The notes under the pieces were generated by a model. That model saw only the letters and a program-made list of their open reading frames with translations, did not search any database and was not told the origin of the DNA. Both the position numbers and the translations under genes were made by a program. DNA of 58,705 bases, filler included, from Platydemus manokwari (taxonomy: Eukaryota), in NCBI GenBank assembly GCA_037951405.1. It is 6 parts of 6 records of this genome, joined end to end, with 100 filler letters (N's around TTAATTAATTAA, not from the genome) between each part and the next. Parts side by side here need not be neighbours in the genome. Positions count along the whole stretch, not along the records: positions 49,465 to 58,705 come from JBBMOY011278540.1; 5 more parts are not named here. One strand, given 5' to 3'. This document shows positions 51,060-58,705 of the stretch, one piece after another; the first letter of the stretch is position 1; every line of letters begins with the position of its first letter.

Positions 51060-54000
51060 TTTCAGAACATTTCGATCTACCTAATAGACAAATCAATTAT
51101 ATAGTTCTCATAAAATTTTATCGACGATTGTAACTGATTTTCGATGTGAAACGATACGGATTATATTGTGTTATTAATATAGTAATACTATTAAAATCAA
51201 ATCTAAATCCGTTATTCCAAATATACAATAACAAATGACAAATTAATAACAAATCATCAGTAATAATTATTTTAAAATCCATTACAATAAAAACCTATAA
51301 TAGTTTTACATGATTTCACATCGTATTCATCATTTGAAAATTTAAAAATGTCGTACTTGATATTGTTGCTTATTTGTACCAGAATTTCGCATTTTCCAAT
51401 ATTTAAATTATTTCTAAAATAAACATAAATGAAGATATTTATTATTTACAATGTATTCCTCATTAAAATGTTCATTTAAAAATCCATTGATTGATATTAT
51501 TTTAAATGCTATTCAAATGTTTAATTGATTAAATAAAATGAAGAAACTCACATTCCAGAAACAATATCCTTTTTTTCATATATTTATCAATCCAAATAAT
51601 TCGACAGTAAGTTTAAAAGAAAAAATTAATATTAAAATTTCACTTATGTTTTCAAATGGAAATTATTCATTGCAAATTGGAATATTTAATGTTTGCGATT
51701 GAAAGCTAGCAATAGCTGCTCACATAAACTGTCATGATCTCATAAACGTAACATACAATTTTAGAAGTCAAGATTGTATGTCTGGAAAAACTGTAGAAAA
51801 ATTTTGCTTCCCCTTTCTAAATGTGAATGTGTGTTGGGCTATAATTTATATTTGTATTAATGAAGTTGTGTTTTAATAATCTGTGCGTCTACCATATATT
51901 GACAAGCATGAATCAATATGCTTCGACCGCAATGATTTTCTGTTCCACAAATATTATTTTAATTCATACAGTTGTGATGTCGAGATTTTATAATATTTCT
52001 AAATATATTTAAATTATTAGATATTCTGTATGGTTTTGGTTGTACCGCTTCTTCTCTTCTGATTTTATCATGTATGATAGATATTTGATTAGGAATTACT
52101 TAAAATTGTGACAACTAATCTAATGATATAAGTACTAAATAGACAATTCGAAATTCGTCAAAAAGCTAATTTAAACAAAGTATTTTTTGAAAATGTATTG
52201 GGAAATAATTTGTGCTTCTTCGTTTTTTAAATTTTTTTTATATTGTGTAATATAATTATATTTTTTCACTTTCTCGTATTGCAATATTTTAAATAGATAT
52301 TATAAGATTATCTTCTATTATTAATTCTAAAAATAAAGCCTGCATTTTACTTAAATTGAGCGGTTTTGTGTAATTTTCTTGTTATTTAGATATATTTTTA
52401 TTTGTAGAACATAAATGATATGTGATTTCAATTCGGCAAAAACAAAATTTTATAAAAAGGACATAATAAAACATTTAGTTAGATTTGGTAATAAAACGGC
52501 GAGACTATAAATTGCTACAGTCAAAGTCATAAAACATTGCTTATCTATTACAGCAATTCCTTTTTGACAATAATGTTCAATAACGATGGCCTATTAAATT
52601 ACCAAAATTTATTACATAAATTAAGATTTTCCAAATATTCTCCATGATTTTAAAATCAGTATTTCTCATAAGTCAATTAATTTTTCTGATAAAAATATTT
52701 TTGCTCTTTTTGCTTGGTTGTTGTAATATTTATCACTTATATTTAACTCAATAAAATTGAATATTTTTCGTCACTACAGGATTATATCTGGTTCAAGCTA
52801 TTGCATACAATAACAGAATTTGGTGGAAATATTATCTTCAAACTTTCTCAATTAATAAAAATTTATTTCTAACTTTTTATGCAAACTCTGATGATCGAGG
52901 TCTAGATGTTCATAACAAATGAAAATAAAACTAATTTCGAAAATTCATTTAATTTAATCAAAATAATATAACAGACATTTGATGTTCCTTTATGAGAGTA
53001 ACCTTGTGCGCTGGTCATACCAGTAGCAAAACAATGATAAAAACAATCTTATATTCTTCTAGTGAAACAACTTTCTTCATCTAAATTCACACTTTTTCCC
53101 ATTGTTAATTTTAATTTGATTTTAAAATCATGAGCACTGTTAGATTATGAATTCATTTTCATATAATATTATACTGATATCCTATCAGATATATAGTTGC
53201 AATTTTTATTCGTGTTTTTTAATTGACTTTTTGGTGTAATTTCTCTAACAGATGTTTTTTCTTTTAATATACTATGGGTATTTCAATAATAAAGCAACAT
53301 TGTCTCTTCTTAATTATTAGGTCCCTTGTTTGTCCACCCCAATTAAAATAATTGTCTCAGATTTTTATATTTGATTTTATTGAATTAACGAAATGACCCG
53401 ATGAGTGACGCTTATAAGCTAGAATTATACTTGGTCAACATTTGCAAATTACAATCTTCTGATATGTTATTGTAAATCTATACCTAAAGACCTCTGTTAA
53501 AATGTTTTGTTCTAAATTTAAAAATTCACTAGACTGTGGTTATTCACAAGATTTCTTTTAAAATTATTCTCTATTCTCTATGGTTCATTATAGTCCATAT
53601 TTTCGTAATTTTTCATAATTAATTGTAAGCTGTTAATTATTTAACTGTTCTTTTATTCTATATATTACTTTTGTTAAAGATTGTCGGTGTCTTTATAAAG
53701 AACCTCGATAGAGTTCAGATTAGAAATGTGCATATTGTAAAAAGTTGCTGATTAATACTTAAAATATAATCAGAAGGTTGTACAATAAATATCATTCCAT
53801 AATCTCTAACTTATCTGGTCTCCAGATAGATAAGGTCGTTGTTGCTTTGTCGCTCGGTTATAATAAAAATAATATTTAAAATATAAATAATAAAAGCAAA
53901 TGAAACAATAAGATAAAATATATTAATAAGCAAATGATTTTGCAAAAAATACCCTCTAGAAAAAGTTTAAGGCGTGCCACTTAGGTGGATGGGCAAGCCT

Positions 54001-56519
54001 CTCTCAAATAAATGAAAGTGGGGAACTAAACAGTGTGTTTAAATAATTTTTTAAGACCACAAGGCTAAAACTAGCCGTGGGTCGAGATTTAATTATAATA
54101 AAAAATTTTCTCATTGTATTCTGAAACAATGAATAATAATCAAAAATTTCTTCTGTAAGCATGACCGAGATAAAATTTCTTCTTTAACAAAACGTATCGT
54201 TTGATTTAGATTAACAGTCAATTTTGGGATTGTCAATGTTGTGCACAAAATGATGGTTGCTGTTAGCTTATGTACTGCCTAGAGTTCTTTGGGTGTATTA
54301 CTAGGCAGGTTATTACATCTGTTACTATTTTTAGCAACGTTTACTCGTCAGTGCTGAATTTAGTAACAGCCCACAATTTTAGTTGATTATTTCACTAAAT
54401 TTTGGTGGTCTATTTTTAGAACTGACATATTAGCCACAAGCAGTTTTCGATGAAAAATTTTATGACCTTGAAGTCGGAAAGATAATTTTAATTGCCTTGA
54501 AGCACTTAAACAAGTATAATTTTTTATTTATTAAAACACTGTTTTATTTATAATGTTTTTAAGATTTTAATTCTTCAACTTATTGTTATATTTACAATTT
54601 ATGTCCTAAATTTTAAAAAAAATATATTAATTTCTATTATTATTTAGTCTTTTGGTTAGGTCGAAATATCCCGATTGGTTCCCCACATTTTGTTTTACCC
54701 GTAATGTTTATATCATTAATAATGATTTCTTTTTATAAAATAAATATTTTCACTAATCGTGCAAATAACAGTCGATAATTTCGCTTTATTGCTTAAATTA
54801 GATTTTTAAAATTAATGCGTACAATCTGAATTCAATAGATTGGTATAATTTGGATGTGAAATTTGATTAGATTGATTAATACAAAGGTCACTTAAATGTA
54901 GAAGGACATAAAATGAATATATAAGTAAAAATATTAACTTCCTCTATAATTTACGAAAAAACTTTAATTAACTTCTCTTTAAGACTTCATTAATTATTAA
55001 ATGAATTTTGGTTGGGGTGGTTGTTGGTTTATTATTGAATGATGTTTCGTTTTTATTTAATTGTTTGGCGCGATTTAACCTAAACTCACTGGTCCTAAAG
55101 GGGCTTCAACAACTGGTATTGGAGACCAAGGTGTTGGAAATCAAATTCAATATGTTGACTTTCAGATTGTAACACAGAGAATGCGTTGTCTCTCTGGGCC
55201 TAGAATGATATGAGATTCAAAATCTGTTGTTAATTAATTTGATATGCGAAGTTTACAATAATTCGAATCGTTAATAATTATTAAAGTAGTGAGAACGAAA
55301 CTTGGGTTTTCAAAAATATTTTTTTAAGAAAATGAATGTAACAATTAATATGAAAAATGAACACAAAAATTTGAGCTAATATCTCGTACCTCACCTCAGC
55401 GATTAACGAGTAATTCGGTATACGGACGGAGATTGTTAATGATACGGAGAGAAGATGTAATTTATATAGTTAATAAATTCATATAACTTAAATTATGGTC
55501 GTGCTATTAAAATTACGGTTAAATTAAGTTAGTAGACAAATGAATGATAAAATTGTGCAAATAAAAACTTAAACCTTACTGTGCTTGCAATGGCACTATG
55601 CAAAATTCCACTGTATATAGAAAAATCCTCGGACAGCTGTCGATTATTTCGAATATCTCCTCACCAAAATCCAAATGCGATGTCGTTGACAATATGGCTT
55701 CTGTAAATTTCTTTCTGTAAAGAGTTATTCAAACCAGCTGCGCGTATATGACAATTAAGCCTTTCAAAGATCGCAAATATCGATAATTTTGGAATATGTC
55801 GATGATGATTAGATCAGCGTATTTTTCGGCTATTTTGTTTTCTCGCACTTTTGACTTTTTGTGGTTTCAGTTGTGTTGTGTTGTGGGTGGTGTTATGATC
55901 AACGTCGTTATTTATATACACCGATCAAATCCACCCCCTCACAAAGCTCTTTATGCCGATCATTTTTGCTAATTATTTCACACGCTTCGTGTGAATAATT
56001 AATGATTGTATCTGATTCTTAATATCTATTATAATTGTTTTTATTATATTTCTTATTATTTTTCTACCTGTCTTTTTGCTATTTATTATTGTTATTTGTT
56101 ATATTTAACTCAATATTAACTATTGTTTATTTGCCTGTATTTTTTATTATTTGTTTAATTTCATTATTTATTACTTATTTATTTCTCTCCGTATCTTTAT
56201 CTCTACAGGATTTTAACAAAAAAAACAATAATAATAAAAGAATCGTAAATAAAATACAACATATAAAAATGATAATAAAACGCTAATGTTTATTGCTAAA
56301 ATAAAAGTAAATGATCAAAGCAAAAGCCAACGTTTATTAATTAGAGCAATTAATCAGTTATTGATCACGTTAATCAGTTATGGATCACGATCGTCACGAT
56401 AATTGCGTTGTAGGCACAATTGACAGTTATTGTTGATGGGGTTCAATATTTGTTTTCTAGACAGCAGGTCAGTCCACACTCAGGTTCAATGTATATTTTT
56501 AAGTGTACAACATATGTAC

Positions 56520-56820
56520 AGATATTAGCAGGGTGTATATATTTATAGGATATTTGTAGAGTCCATGTTAGAAGAACATTGTTTGTTAGAAAGGTATTGT
56601 ATGTTAGAAGGGTATTTATATTAGTAGGGAGTTTGAATATATATGTTTGTAGGGCGTATGTTTGTAGGGAGTTTGAGAGTGAGCATGTTAGAAGGGTATT
56701 TATATGTATGTATGTATGTTTGTAGAGAGATTGAGGGTGTATTGAGTGAGGGTGTATATTGAGAGAGGGTGTATAAAGTGAAGGTGTATGTTTGATGATG
56801 TATTGAGTGAGGGTGTATAG
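56520..56820 (+). repeat. Degenerate G/T-rich minisatellite
   Basis: Recurrent ATGTTAGAAGGGTATTTATA, GTTTGTAG(G/A)G and TTGAGTGAGGGTGTATA units; almost no C on the + strand. Confidence 0.75.
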
Positions 56821-58705
56821 CCAACAAATATAATATTAAATTACCAATATGGTTATTGTTTGCACTAGTATATCATTTAAAAGTAAACATAAGGGGAAAG
56901 AAAGAAATAGAAAAATTTAGAATAGGTTGAAATGCATCAATTAAGTGGTTTAAAACTTGGATATCTAAACAAACAGGGATATCACAAGAAAAATATATAG
57001 TAAGATGGAAAAGCATACAAAGAAGAATAGAACTAAAATATGAACATAAGGAAAAGAAAGAGGATATCTGGAAAATATTGGATGATGATTATCAATTTTG
57101 GCATTATAGCTTAGAACCAACAGGGTGGAATAGTACAGAAATAGGATTGATAAGTGAAGAAGATAAATACAGAGTAAAAATAGAAGTGTTAAATAGTTAT
57201 CAGGAAGACTTAGTGGACTATAAGTTAATTAAGAAAACGAAGGAAGTAAAACATCTGAAGAGAAAGATAGAAGAACAATATAAAAATAGAAGAGAATGAG
57301 GATTAAACAAAATAATTATGAAATATAAACAACGAGCTTTAATAGAGGAAGAAGAATTAAAAAATGTATTCTCAGAGGAAGAAATAAATGTAGTAACAGT
57401 CAACATAATAACACCAATACCAAATATATCTAAAACGATACCATGGAAGTACACAAGTTTCGATGTATGTTGGGGATATATGACATAAATATGATAAGGT
57501 GTGAGAATAGTAAGAAAAAAGAAATATGAAGCGATGAAATTAATTATAAAGAAAAAGAAATAGAAATGGCGAAATGTAGAAAAGAGTTAAGAAAGAGAAG
57601 TTAATAGACAATTGCCAGTAGATCTGGATGAAATAATAGATGAAGTAGCAAGTGGAGATAATAAAAGCATGGATGAAAAAAGAGAAACGTTCAAGAAGAA
57701 GAAGAAAACAGAAGTTAAAAATACAGAAGATACTGAGTCATCAGGAAAAGATTTCATGAAGTTGATAGAATCACCAGAAACATATAATGTAAATAAGCAA
57801 ATAAGAAAACAACAGGATGAGTTTGAAAATTGCATAAGATGTTTACAAGGACAATATCATGATCCATGTTTTGGAGATCAGAATAAAAAATGAACGAGAT
57901 AGTTGTGAAATTAAAAAGATAATTTATCCATACCGAGAAGAAATAAATTTAGCAACACCGGAAATGAATAATGTGGAAGAGGATAAAATAGAAGAAGAAA
58001 TAATATATGAAGAACATCAAATATAGCAACAACCCATATTTCCACCAGAATATCAATCACAAAATAATCATGGATATATACCACAAGTCCCATGTGATAA
58101 TTATGGGAACATGATAAGAGATACCATCAACATCAAGAATGTTTCAAGCCATAAATGAGCCAATAAATCAATTAATAACATATAATTATGGTGACAATGG
58201 AGAAATAATAGAACAAGAAGTTCAGAGAAAGAATATAGAAGAAGATAGGTTAAGAAAAGGAAACGAAGAAAATGAGTTAGGAAAAAGAGGAGAAGAAGAT
58301 AAAATAGAAAAAGGAACTGAAACAAAAAGAAATAAAAGACAATAAGGAAATGAAAGATCAAGAAACAACAATCAGAAAAACTAGAGGAAGGCCACCAGGA
58401 GTTAAGAATAAAATTAAAAATAAAATGACAAATAACGATGATCCCATAAATTTTAATGAAAAAGACATATCACCTAAAGATTCTGATATAGAAGAGAAAA
58501 CCAAATATAAAACACAAGCACTTAGTGACGAAATCTGTGCATTAGATAAAAATGAGAAATTGCATATAAAGGCCATAAGAGAATTTAATCAAAAAGAAGA
58601 AGTTAAGGAAAAAATCAAACAATATTTACAAGCACTTAGTGGCGAAGCCAGCGCTTTAGATAAAAATGAGAAATTGCATATAAAGGCATTAGAGCATTGC
58701 ACAAA
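56817..58705 (+). pseudogene. Decayed long intronless ORF, probably from a mobile element: two ubiquitin-like units, CxxC-H-C motif, AT-hook and 38-aa repeat
   Basis: A-rich, coding-like sequence mostly in one frame with scattered stops and frameshifts. Motifs: NASIKWFKTWISKQTGISQEKY, VKHLKRKIEEQY, CIRCLQGQYHDPC, KTRGRPPG, and a 114-bp in-frame repeat at 58515/58629. Confidence 0.5.

Noticed and set aside
57218-58576. Minus-strand hydrophobic ORFs in the track
   Set aside because: Antisense shadows of the A-rich plus-strand frame.
1-58705. CRISPR arrays, rRNA/tRNA genes or prokaryotic operons
   Set aside because: None seen; the genes are spliceosomal and no repeat-spacer periodicity is evident.

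Overview
Very AT-rich eukaryotic DNA, almost certainly metazoan (RP2, SBF/MTMR5-13, an Ig-domain protein and Rap2 are present). It uses the standard genetic code and has many 43-60 nt introns. The window is six contig pieces joined by artificial 100-nt spacers (44 N + TTAATTAATTAA + 44 N), so adjacency across a spacer is not evidence of linkage. Host genes spliced by hand: a CLP1-like gene with a degenerate P-loop (-), RP2/XRP2 (-, with a GC-AG first intron), a FANCI-like 5' part (+), RRM1 (+, 5'-truncated), the DENN region of SBF1/2 (-), a complete Rap2 (+), the 3' end of an Ig I-set protein (-) and the 3' part of calnexin (+). Mobile or viral DNA: a decayed Polinton/Maverick-type polB fragment convergent with an HNH endonuclease pseudogene, an RT-less Ty3/Gypsy remnant, a second LTR+PBS+gag-like start, a 71-bp piggyBac-like MITE, and a decayed long ORF at the right end with two ubiquitin-like units and an AT-hook. 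The most striking observation is that RRM1 keeps all catalytic and radical-transfer residues but has a remodelled allosteric specificity site (K243E, loop 1 replaced, loop 2 YVDQGGNKR -> NVNKGT-KR). All homology calls are by-eye comparisons with recalled reference sequences; no searches were run.
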